Of a stretch of DNA of 21,618 bases, positions 10,554 through 20,179 are shown one piece after another; positions within the stretch are counted from its first letter, which is position 1, and every line of letters begins with the position of its first letter. A program made the position numbers and the translations under genes. The stretch comes from Chiloscyllium plagiosum. Taxonomy: Eukaryota. The DNA lies in NCBI RefSeq assembly GCF_004010195.1, contig NC_057749.1:16080854-16102471 (forward strand), read 5' to 3'. Under the pieces are notes generated by a model. The model had not been told where the DNA came from, ran no database searches, and saw nothing but the letters and a program-made list of their open reading frames with translations.

Positions 10554-12809
10554 ATGAAGCTACAGTCTATTTGGTATAGGTGCTGTTAGGTAGGGTATTC
10601 CTGGATTTGACCAAATGACATTGAAAAATGGAAACATTTCCAAAATGTTGAATTAATTTGCATAGCAAACAGTTCATGGAGGGGATGAACAGGCCAAGTA
10701 GTTAGACAAGATTGTTTTAATATTTCCTCACAGAACTTGGATTAAAACAAACCTTTAAAAGGAGCTGGTTATGAAAAGTCACCTTAATAAGATTTACACT
10801 GGCAGACACTGCATTCATAAAATAGCATGACATCCCCAAGTCTAATGGTCAGAGCTAAGCTGAGTGACATGAAATCTGGAGAATCTACAAACACAAAACA
10901 AATTGTGTGCAACACTGAACTAGTCTGATAACACAATAATATGCATAAACTATAAACACATCATATAGATGTTCTAATGACATTTGGTTGGCAATATCAC
11001 CAGGACCAAATACAAGGAAACTCCTTAATTACAGTGGCACCTTCCATTGCTATTCTATTCCTAACTAACTTGGCCATTTACTCATTAAAAGAATCTTGTG
11101 TCCCTGTACATTACTACAGGTCTGTTTGTCCCACTAGCCAACACAGTAGCATTTAACTGAATACACAACTTCAATTTTGATGGTGATGCAAAAATTTTAT
11201 AGCATGTCCAACTGAATCCTTTCATAATCTTGAAGCCCTCTACCAAATATGCAGACAATAAAGCATAGAAAGATTGTTGCGTTTATCACAATGTTCTACA
11301 GCTATAATTTAGCTTTCATAGCACTTATGGGCGCCAGTCAAAATTAAAGGAAACAAGTGGGTTAATAATCATGCAGGAATTGACAACTCAGTATATTATA
11401 TAAACTCACAGCCAAGCAAATTATATACCTATGAAGTGCACGTGACCAAGTAGTTATTTGCCTGACTCATTCGTAACTAATGGCAGACTCAGTTAATGCA
11501 AGATTTGCTAATCTGCACTTACTTGTTCACTTATAAAGTACACTTGGTCAGCCACTTCTGATCATATAAGTTCCTGTTAAAGGATTAGTTGACTAGCCAC
11601 TGATTTCAGTTTCAGATTGAAAATGAAATAATTTTACATTACACTTCCCTGCATCATACCTATTAATGCCCAAGGTTGATATTAATTGCCAAAAAAGAAT
11701 ATTCAAGCCCACAGCTCAAACATCCCTCAATAATAACAGAATTCCTTGGAAAACAGACTAAAAATGTACTAAGTGGAGTTAACAAAATAACCTTCAAAAG
11801 CAATTAAATCACTCATTATAAAATCAATTACAACAAACTAATTCACTTTGGCCAAATCAGCACTGGATTTTGTTTTAACAAAAAGGTAAATTATAGACTA
11901 ACCTGCAAAAACTCAACTACAATGAACGAGTGGTCAATCTATGAAACTGTCTCCTCAGGGAAAGGTGGAATATGCTGGTGTTGAATCATTAAAATTGAAT
12001 TTAAATTTATTTCAGGAAATAATATTTTGGGAAATGGTATGAGTAATTGATGAGTGAAGCAAGTTTGGGAGGCACGGGCTACTTTAGGCCAATGATTCTC
12101 AAGGTTCTCCATCATGCAGGGGTGGGGGCTTATCTCACTATGTCTGGATCTGTTGCACTGTTGCAAGCTCTTTGATAGAGACTGATCATTATGATTAGTC
12201 AATAATTCCATTAGTATTTGTATCATATAATTACTAGGATGATAGACTGTATACTAAATGGCTGTTTGTTTCCTTCTGGCTAACAATTTCTCAGATGCAT
12301 TGTTACTGTAAGCTCTAGATGTTAATTGCAGCTATCTCCTCTCACCTCCCTTTTGTGACTGGCAGTGAAAGGTCCATGGGCGCTGGCAAGTCTCTGAACA
12401 ACCTACATTCATTCCACAATCCCTCCATCCCATTAGTTTTTAAAACTGTGACTTCAATTTTAAAAGAATACCAATTTTGAAAATCTTAAACTGTCCTATT
12501 GAAGAGAAGGAACTACTTATGGATTTCTATTATATGCGTGCGAGAATGGAAATATTTTTCAGCCAAAGTATTTCCCCATTTGGTTCAAGAAAATGCTCAC
12601 ATTTAATTACGCTTGTTTTAAAACTCAATTTTTCTACTAATGTTGAAGTTGACCATCATCGCCAATGAAATAAGGTAGTGAAAATACTAGGAGGGGCAAC
12701 AGCAAATACACCTACCAAAACCAAGCCCCACCAAAAGAAAAATGAGAAAATGCATACTAATGACTGGAAAGTGGGATATCACAGGCATCTGGAAACAGAT
12801 TTGGAACAA

Positions 12810-13070
12810 AGTGAATGGCTGGTCAGTATGTTAATCAATGTAGAACTGCACTGAAGATCAGATCTTAACCTTGGTCTGGACTAAAATTAACTGATCTCAG
12901 CTAAGGAAGGAAAGTGCTACAGTCTGGCTCAATGTCCAGAGGAAACAAAAATAGGCTATGGTTTGTAGAACTATTCACAACTCCTATTGGCAAGTACATT
13001 TGTATGCACATCAAGAAAGGCCAGAAGAGATCTCAGCCATGATCCCTTCTCCAGACTATTATGCTGACAA
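12810..13070 (+). mobile_element. Ancient SINE-like repeat relic (its 3' part possibly also at ~13820-13890)
   Basis: ttggtctggactaaaattaactgatctcagct...gctacagtctggctcaatgtcc...gatctcagccatgatccc resembles a common shark SINE from memory. Strongly diverged. Confidence 0.35.
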
Positions 13071-14539
13071 ATGGGCACACAAATTCAAGACCTTGATGTC
13101 AGATTATATGCCTCAAATACAGATCTAACAGAGTTCTACACCAGAAACATTGCTTTTTGATTAAAACCCTATATGCTGGAGATTGGCTTATGAAAAGCAG
13201 GTTCTTAGGAAAGGTACTGAATAGCATCTGCTATCCACAGAAACATATGAAATAAGTCAACACTAGGAGGAGAATGGAGGATAAATGAAACACGCTCCAC
13301 TTAAAAGTTTGAATTAAGTGTTCAAAATCTATTCTTACAAGTGAAATGGAACATCTAATCCCAAGTGTGTGCTGTACATAGAGCTCTAACAAATTTAAAG
13401 CTTACATATTATGAATCTATATTAGGCAATAGTTTAAAATGGAATAGATTACATCCGTTATATTGTTACAGTTAGGGGAATGCTCACTTATTAGAATTAT
13501 TCATAGTTCTTTAAAACAAACAGAAAGTCCCCCATATTCATCTCTGGCCTGGGAAGTTATATGGTATCAGCCAATGTGATGATCACCACTGCGAAAAAGA
13601 TTTACATTGAACTTGAAATGTTAGATCTATTTCTTGTTCCATAGCTGCTATCAGACTTGCTTTTTTTATTCTAGATGATTGCCTTTGATTTGCCCTTGTG
13701 TCTATCAAATGAAGGATAGGAATGGGGGAGAAAGTAGCCACAGTATCCCTCTCATTACTACCAATAATTTTTCTCTGGTATATGGACATGAAGTTTAAAT
13801 TGTACTCAGCTGTGAAAGCCTCCACAGTCAAACTGCCTGCCAATGCTCACTGTAAATCTTAGCCATGAAGAATGGCTAGCTGGGAAGGTAAATTCAGTGG
13901 AATTGAACCACTGAAATGAACAGCTTCAGATTAAAGTGCAATGACTCACATTATAAAATATACTGCATTTATTCAGCATCTAAATCTCACAAATGAGCAA
14001 GCATGCATGTAGCAGAGGTACCTACAGGACTGTACCTGAGAAACAAATCTACGCCTTGAAGAGGGAAGACAGAAGATAAAAAGCACTCAAAAGACACAAC
14101 GATAATGTGATAAAAGCAATGCTTAAATATTCAAAAATACAACCGTCACTCCCTAAAACAGCGCACCTACTCTTAAATAACATCTTCTGGACATACTTTA
14201 AGTTAACTTCAGATGTTGAAGCAAAGCTAATAGCAATAGATAAAACAAATTTTTCTACCACAACAGAAATACTAAAAACATACAATAACACAAAACCATC
14301 TAGCTTCTCTGACAAGCACAATCCATTAAGTAAAATCACATTGATGTCAAGTAATATTACTTTTGCAAAATTGTTTCTGTGATTATGCCTAAGGCCTTAG
14401 TTTATAATTAAATAAGAAGTGATTTGCAGACCAGTTTATTGTTTTTATTGCTGATCAATTGGTTTTTAAATCTGAAGATAAGCTAAGAATGGTTCAAAGA
14501 GAAAAAAGTTGTTTTAAAAAATCTGATATATTTCCTTAC

Positions 14540-14680
14540 CGAGTCTGAATCATTTTCATCGTCGTAAAGGTCAAGGTCTTCTGCCTTCATGTTTGATTCC
14601 AGATCAATTTCATCCTCCTCGCATCCAACAAAGAATGTAGGAGTCAAGTGATCCCCCTCAAAAGAGGTGGGGGTTGTCAT
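14540..14680 (-). CDS. PPIP5K1: First coding exon (47 codons) of inositol hexakisphosphate/diphosphoinositol-pentakisphosphate kinase (PPIP5K/VIP1 family), most like PPIP5K1
   Basis: Encodes MTTPTSFEGDHLTPTFFVGCEEDEIDLESNMKAEDLDLYDDENDSDS. The FFVGCE-acidic-DS stretch is the vertebrate PPIP5K N-terminus that precedes PPERQIVVGIC. There is an in-frame TAG three codons upstream, G at -3 of the ATG, and a phase-0 donor TCG/GTAAGG (14539-14534). The paralogue call (1 vs 2) rests on recalled sequences; the next exon is not visible in the window. Confidence 0.75.
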
Positions 14681-14980
14681 GACAACCTAGTTGACCTTTC
14701 ATCACGGATATTAGTCATCGTTTAAAAACAGGCAGCGAGAGACAGCTATCTAAACTTCCCATAGTACTAATTCCAGCCTCGGTATCATTGCTATTAACAA
14801 TCTTGCTGACTTTATGATTTGCCCTCAAGGGCACAGTCCAGATCTTTAGAATAAGTTGTAATCTTAGCACAACAAATTCAGGCTTGCACGGGTGCAGTCA
14901 AACCAGCAATTTCCTTATGTCAAAGAAAATTTTCTTCCTCCCACCTCTTCAGAACACCTCCTTGTGCCCGGTTTAACCAT
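14681..14980 (-). other. PPIP5K1: 5'UTR part of the same exon (whole exon 14540-14980, 441 nt) with upstream ORFs
   Basis: Strong acceptor on the minus strand, tttctattttctttttcactacag/ATGGTT (AG at 14982-14981). Upstream ATGs at 14980, 14788, 14762, 14718 and 14702. Confidence 0.7.
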
Positions 14981-15758
14981 CTGTAGTGAAAAAGAAAATA
15001 GAAACTTAAGTTGACTCCGGAACAACAGTCATTGATAAACTGATTTAAGAATCGCTAGAAATTTTAACTTTGTCCTCTCCCTCTGATCAGTTCCATTAAG
15101 ATTTGAGGAACCTTTACTCAAGAACAGACCAGTGAACCAACATGACAATCTGTAAAAAAGTGAAATTTTAAAAGATCTTCTTTTCTGATCATTTCAATTT
15201 CTTTGTATTATATTTGAGAGTGGGGATAAAACAATCACAGTACATTGTTTGATTTTCTTCACTTCTCTCAGCTGGATGACCCAGAAGCAACAGACTTCAG
15301 CACTGTGCAGAAATCAAACACAAGACCATTTCTTATATGACCGAGTGTTACTAATGGGAAGTGCATCCAAAGATCAACTTATCAGAGAGTCTCAGACTAC
15401 TTGTAATCACCACTGGAAGGTGTATAAGAGGGGAGGGGGGGAAAAGGGCTTTGCAATTTCCCATCACCACCTTCCTGTCCCATGCCCATCACAGCCAGGA
15501 TGATACATTCTGTAACTCAGCACAAACATGAAGATTCACAGGCACAAATCCATACCCCAAAATCGGAATTCCACTGGTGAAGTTGCCACAATTAGTCGGT
15601 AAAATGTAACAATGAAGGAGATTTTTGTGATGTCTCCTTGGATTGTAATACCTCAACACAAACCTCACACAAAGAGGACTGATGAGGTCAGAGTGGTAGA
15701 CGTGATCTATTTGGACTTCAGTAAGGCGCTCGACAAGGTTCCCCATGGGAGAATGGTC

Positions 15759-16336
15759 AGAACATAGAACGTTACAGCGCAGTACAGGCCCTTTGGCCCT
15801 GGATGTTGCACTGACCTGTGAAAATAATCTGATGTCCATCTAACCTACACCGTTCCATCTCCAACAAAAACAGCCTCAGTGCCCTCAGCCTTTCCTCATA
15901 AAACCTCCCTTATGTACCAGGCAACATCCTAGTAAATCTCATCTGAACCTTCTCTCAAGTTTCCACATCCTTCCTATAATGCGGTGACCAGACCTATACG
16001 CAATACTCCAGTTGAAGCCTTATCAGTGCTGAAAATGTGTTGCTGGAAAAGCGCAGCAGGTCAGGCAGCATCCAAGGAGCAGGAGAATCGACGTTTCGGG
16101 CATGAGTCCTTCTTCAGGAATTTTTCATTCCTGAAGAAGGGCTTACGCCCGAAACGTCGATTCTCCTGCTCCTTGGATGAGGCCTGACCTGCTGAGCTTT
16201 TCTAGAAACACATTTTCAGCTCTGATCTCCAACATCTGCAGTCCTCACTTTCTCCTAGCAGCCTTACCAGTGTCTTGTACAGCTGAAGCATGACCTCGTG
16301 GCTCCAAAACTCAATCCCCCTACCAATAAATGCCAA
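15759..16336 (-). mobile_element. CR1 LINE 3' end (different subfamily) inserted antisense into another CR1
   Basis: Begins with the reverse-complemented tail agaacatagaac...acaggccctttggccc, then has minus-strand ORF2 C-terminal coding (LEYCV..WSPHYRKDVET.EKVQMRFTRMLPG). It is itself interrupted at 16028-16259. Confidence 0.85.
16028..16257. mobile_element. PLE-derived hairpin element with hammerhead motifs (same family as 3666-3879, opposite orientation)
   Basis: Arms 16028-16121 and 16127-16220, with a tail to ~16256. CTGAAGA-A-GGGC-TTAC-GCCC-GAAAC-GTC at 16131-16158. Direct repeats: agccttatcagtg (16016-16028) and agccttaccagtg (16260-16272). Confidence 0.88.
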
Positions 16337-17232
16337 AGTGATAGCTAGGTTAGACCTCATGGAATACAGGGAGAACTAGCCATTTGGATACAGAACTGAC
16401 ACAAAGGTAGAAGACAGAGAGTGGTGGTGGAGGGTTGTTTTTCAGACTGGAGGCTTGGTGCTGGGTCCACTACTTTTCGTCATTTATATAAATGATTTGG
16501 ATATGAACATTGGAGGTATAGTTAATGGGTTTGCAGGTGACACCAAAATTGGAGGCATGGTGGATCACAAAGAAGATTACCTCAGATTACAATGGGATCT
16601 TGATCAGATAGGCCAATGGCTGAAGAGTGGCAGATAGAGTTTAATTTAGATAAATGCAATGTGCTGCAGTTTGGGAAAGCAAATCTTAGCAAGACTTATA
16701 AATTTAATGGTAAAGTCCTAGGGAGTGTTGCTCAACAAAGAGACCTTGGAGTGCAGGTTCATAGCTCCTTGAAAGAAGAGTCGCAGGTTAGATATTGAAG
16801 GCAGTATTTGGTTCGCTTTCTTTTATTGGTCAGAGCATAGAGTATAGCAGTTGGGAGGTCATGTTGCAGCTATACAGGACATTGGTTAGGCCAATGTCTT
16901 TTGGAATATTGTGCACAATTCTGGTCTTCTTCCCATCGGAAGGATGTTGTGAAACCTGAAAGGGTTCAGAAAAGATTTACAAGGATGTTGCCAGGGTTAA
17001 AGGATTTGAGCTATAGGGAGAGGTTGAATAGGCTGGGGCTTTTTTTCTGGAGCAAAGGCTGAGGGGGGCCCTTTACAGAGTTTTATAAAATCATGAGGGG
17101 CATGGATAGGATAAATAGACAAAGCCTTTATCATAGGGTAGGGAGCCCAGAACTAGAGGACATAGGTTTAGGGTGAGAGGGGAAAGATATAAAAGAGACC
17201 TACGGGGCAACTGTTTTATGCAGAAGGTGGTG

Positions 17233-17384
17233 CAAGAGAATTTCAGACTTAGCAACATTCCTGTCAGTTCTTTCTGAATGAATCAGCATTTAATACTGAA
17301 GTTCTGTGACTATTATAATCAAACCCATTGTGCAAATGTAGTTGGGTTTGCACAACGTAATAACTGATTATCATTTCACCCTGA
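17233..17384 (+). repeat. Local direct duplication, copy 1 (copy 2 at 18114-18269)
   Basis: caagagaatttcagacttagcaacattc...taataactgattat...caccctga aligns with 18114-18269 with scattered substitutions. Confidence 0.92.
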
Positions 17385-17493
17385 CCAAAACGTCGATTTC
17401 GCTGCTCCTTGGATGCTGCCTGAACTGCTGTACTCTTCCAGCACCACTAATCCAGAATCTGGTTTCCAGCATCTGCAGTCATTGTTTTTACCT
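17385..17493 (+). mobile_element. PLE terminal fragment
   Basis: ccaaaacgtcgatttcgctgctccttggatgctgcctgaactgctg...ccagcatctgcagtc is homologous to 16149-16245. Confidence 0.85.
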
Positions 17494-17635
17494 CATTCCC
17501 CTCAAAAACCCATTCCTATTAACAACATTTTTATAACAGAATGCTATCAGGCTGTCTGATCACAATCCACTCCACATCCTCAAGTATTTAATTGAGTGAG
17601 ACAACAGAATAAAGTATTGTATGGCTGAAGCACTA

Positions 17636-17795
17636 AACATCACTAAAAAGAAAACCTGATAACTTCACTGTCACTTTGGGATATGTGGAAATTTACTGCA
17701 TGTTAATTTACTGCTACATTTCCAACTACTGCACTGCACCAAAAGTACTTTATGAACTGTAAAGTACTTTGGGTTGTGAGACTCCATAAAAGCAG
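17636..17795 (+). mobile_element. Degenerate Deu-domain SINE 3' part
   Basis: aacatcactaaaaa...aaaagtactttatgaactgtaaagtactttggg resembles the SacSINE1/AmnSINE 3' region as recalled. Confidence 0.5.
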
Positions 17796-18113
17796 GACTT
17801 TTCTACAGCTATTTCTTGTGAAGCATAAAGTTATACAAAATTCAGCAAAACAGCGATTTTGATATAAAACTTGAAACACCATACACAAAACTTTAAATTG
17901 TTTTTTTCACTGGTTAAAATTACACAGGATCCAGAAAAGAGAAATGCCAATACAGCTCCGCTGCCATTAAAAACTTGCTGCTATCAGAGTTTCCGCTCTG
18001 TGAATTAATGCAATCAAATGGCAGGTGCTTATTAGTAAAATATTGCAGTGCTTAGACTAGTCAGTTACATCTGTAATTGTGAGCCATGCTAATTAGAAAC
18101 TTAAGCAATAGGC

Positions 18114-18269
18114 CAAGAAAATTTCAGACTTAGCAACATTCTTGCAAGTCCTTTCTGAATGAATCAGCATTTAATATCAACATTCTGTGACTGTTATAAT
18201 CAAACCCATCATGCCACTGTAGTTGGGCTTGCATAACTTAATAACTGATTATGATAAATCACACCCTGA
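18114..18269 (+). repeat. Local direct duplication, copy 2
   Basis: Aligns with 17233-17384. Confidence 0.92.
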
Positions 18270-18892
18270 GTCTTTGCTACAGCACCTAATAAAAGGATAG
18301 TGATGCTCCTTCTAATTAAAAGGCTCCAGGTTGTCCCAGTCTACAAAACAATCCATATGTTTTTTTCTCTTTGCTGCCTTGTGGTTGTAGGATTCTACAG
18401 CTAATGGTCATCATACCGAATTGCTCCAAAGCTGCAATTATTTCCATGTAAACTTGGACAACAAGCATTAGCTAGATACACAGAGTCACTGGCAATTCCA
18501 CTCTTGTAACACTTACCACCCACCTACATACACTTGCATGGGATAGAGATAGTTGGAGGTTACAGGATGGAGGAAAAAAATAAAAGAGCTGCTACATAAT
18601 GCTTTAGAATCAAAACGCTGACTTCTTTAGACCTTAACATTGAGGCAATGAGGATAAAGCCACTTTGACCAAGATGAGCTAATTTAGCAAAGTCAAGGAA
18701 TGGTCCTTCCTGGTATTCACACTGTCCTCATTGGCAACCAGATGGAAGTAACAGCACTTATACAAACTCAATGTTTGGAATATCTACAATTTAAATGCTC
18801 AGTCATCTGTCTGTCTATTTCTTCCAACAAATGTCTTGGGCCTGTCCTTAATTCTTCTCTCAGCTTCAATTAATTAATCTATTAAAATGTAT

Positions 18893-19086
18893 GATGTGGA
18901 GGTGCCAGAATTGGACTGGGATGGACAAAGTTGAAAAATCACAACACCAGGTTATAGTCCAACACATTTATTTAGAAGTTTTTGGAAATACAAGCTTTCG
19001 GAGCACAGCTCTGGAGGAGCGCTTCAAAAGCTTGTACTTCCAAACAAACCTGTTGCACTATAACCTGGTGTTGTGTGATTTTTTAA
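18893..19086. mobile_element. PLE-derived hairpin element, third subfamily
   Basis: Inverted arms aaaaatcacaacaccaggttatagtccaaca...ggaaatacaagcttt and aaagcttgtacttccaaacaaacctgttgcactataacctggtgttgtgtgattttt, with a one-sided ~40-nt tail (18893-18935). The centre is a decayed ggagc..ctccgaaagct ribozyme-like core. Confidence 0.75.
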
Positions 19087-19544
19087 AAACTTTATTAAAA
19101 AGTAATGAGTGAAAAGAAACAAATCAGATTCATTTTACATTGCTACCTAATCAGTAATGTAACCAAATTCTGATCTTGCGTCAGCTAATCCATTGCTGAA
19201 ACCCTTGTAATGTTAAAAGATTAAGTGGGACTCTCTGGACATTAATGTAATGTTGAAGTGTTAAAGTGCACTGTCTTTGGGTGGGACAAAAGCCATGGAA
19301 GAATGCAGATGACAATTCATTGTAATTTACACTTAATTTTGACATTACTCCCCTGCTATTATCAAGTTTATCTATCAATTCAATCTCTTCCATTCAAAAA
19401 TGCTTTCTGCCCAGCAGTATGTCATACCTGCATTGTCTTGGGGAAAACACTGAATCAGGAAACCACCTGCATAACGATTCCCCAGGATTAGGGTATTAGC
19501 ATTTACATTATTTCCGACAATTATCTCATCCTGCTGTTGTACCT

Positions 19545-19805
19545 AAGCTAACATGTGACTGAGCATAACTGGGAGTAGGGTGTGGTCGTGAGTGGTATGT
19601 GACTGTGGGGGAGTTGCCAGAGTATCTGTAGGCATTGCAACTGACCTGTATAAAGAGAATGATGTTTTCTTAATTGAGTCCCTCGCTCTGACAATCTTGC
19701 ATGCCTGCAAGGGGGGGGGTGTCAGAGGAGGGTCACTTAGCCTGTACAAGCTTTAATAAAACTTTAACCGTTTCCTTTGTTCAGAGACAGCTTTTTGCCA
19801 TGACA
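19545..19805 (+). mobile_element. Possible solo LTR
   Basis: TATAAA at ~19649 and AATAAA at ~19756 are in LTR-like order and spacing, ending near ...catgaca. Boundaries and target-site duplication not established. Confidence 0.3.
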
Positions 19806-19995
19806 CTGTAAGCTCTGCGAGGTGTGTGTTAAAGGTTCCTCCAGATAGCCTGTACTTTATTGTGTTTAATACATTTGGTTGCTTGTTCACAAACATTGGT
19901 GTGTAGTGTCTGCATCAAGTGTATAAGAACCTCAGGAAAAAAGAACCTAACACCCTTATCTGTGCCTTTTTCACCTCTAGATTATTCCAAGGTGA

Positions 19996-20120
19996 AAGAA
20001 CAAAATACTGCAGATGTTGGAAATCTGAAACAAAAAGAGAGAAATTGCTGTAAAAACTCAGCAGGTCTGACAATATCTGAGAGTGTTATAATTTCAGGTC
20101 TGTGATCTTTTGACAGAATG
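19996..20120 (-). mobile_element. PLE-derived terminal arm (subfamily of 7157-7306)
   Basis: ctgcagatgttggaaatctgaaacaaaaagagagaaattgctgtaaaaactcagcaggtctgac is homologous to 7165-7230. Confidence 0.7.
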
Positions 20121-20179
20121 TTTCAAACTGCAGACCAAAGTTCTGTTTTTTTTCCACCTTCCAAAAACTTTAGGATGCT

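Larger units (their letters stand above)
9997..10645 (-). mobile_element. Old LINE (CR1-like) 3' fragment split by a SINE insertion
   Basis: 9997-10090 (gatgtgagcatcgctggc...ccttgagaagatggtggtgag) and 10555-10645 (tgctgttaggtagggtattcctggatttgacc) resemble contiguous parts of one common shark repeat. tatgaa occurs on both sides of the SINE. Confidence 0.5.
15673..17232 (+). mobile_element. CR1 LINE ORF2 fragment split by nested insertions (15673-15757 and 16341-17232)
   Basis: The left part encodes VDVIYLDFSKALDKVPHGR. The right part resumes tagctaggttagacctcatggaatacag and is collinear with 5389-6052 and beyond. The SGVPQGS codons are deleted at ~16455, and the copy is 3'-truncated at ~17232. 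Confidence 0.93.

Noticed and set aside
14049..14382. Overlapping ORFs of 91-96 aa on both strands
   Set aside because: A/T-biased intronic sequence with no recognisable domain or convincing splice signals.
14483..14539. C-terminal part (VRKYIRFFKTTFFSLNHS) of ORF 14483-14680
   Set aside because: It lies past the GTAAGG donor where PPIP5K similarity ends, so it is intronic read-through.
18505..18600. Good minus-strand donor (GTG/GTAAGT at 18511-18516) as a possible upstream UTR exon
   Set aside because: No CpG island, coding signal or other support, and such sites occur by chance. Needs RNA-seq.
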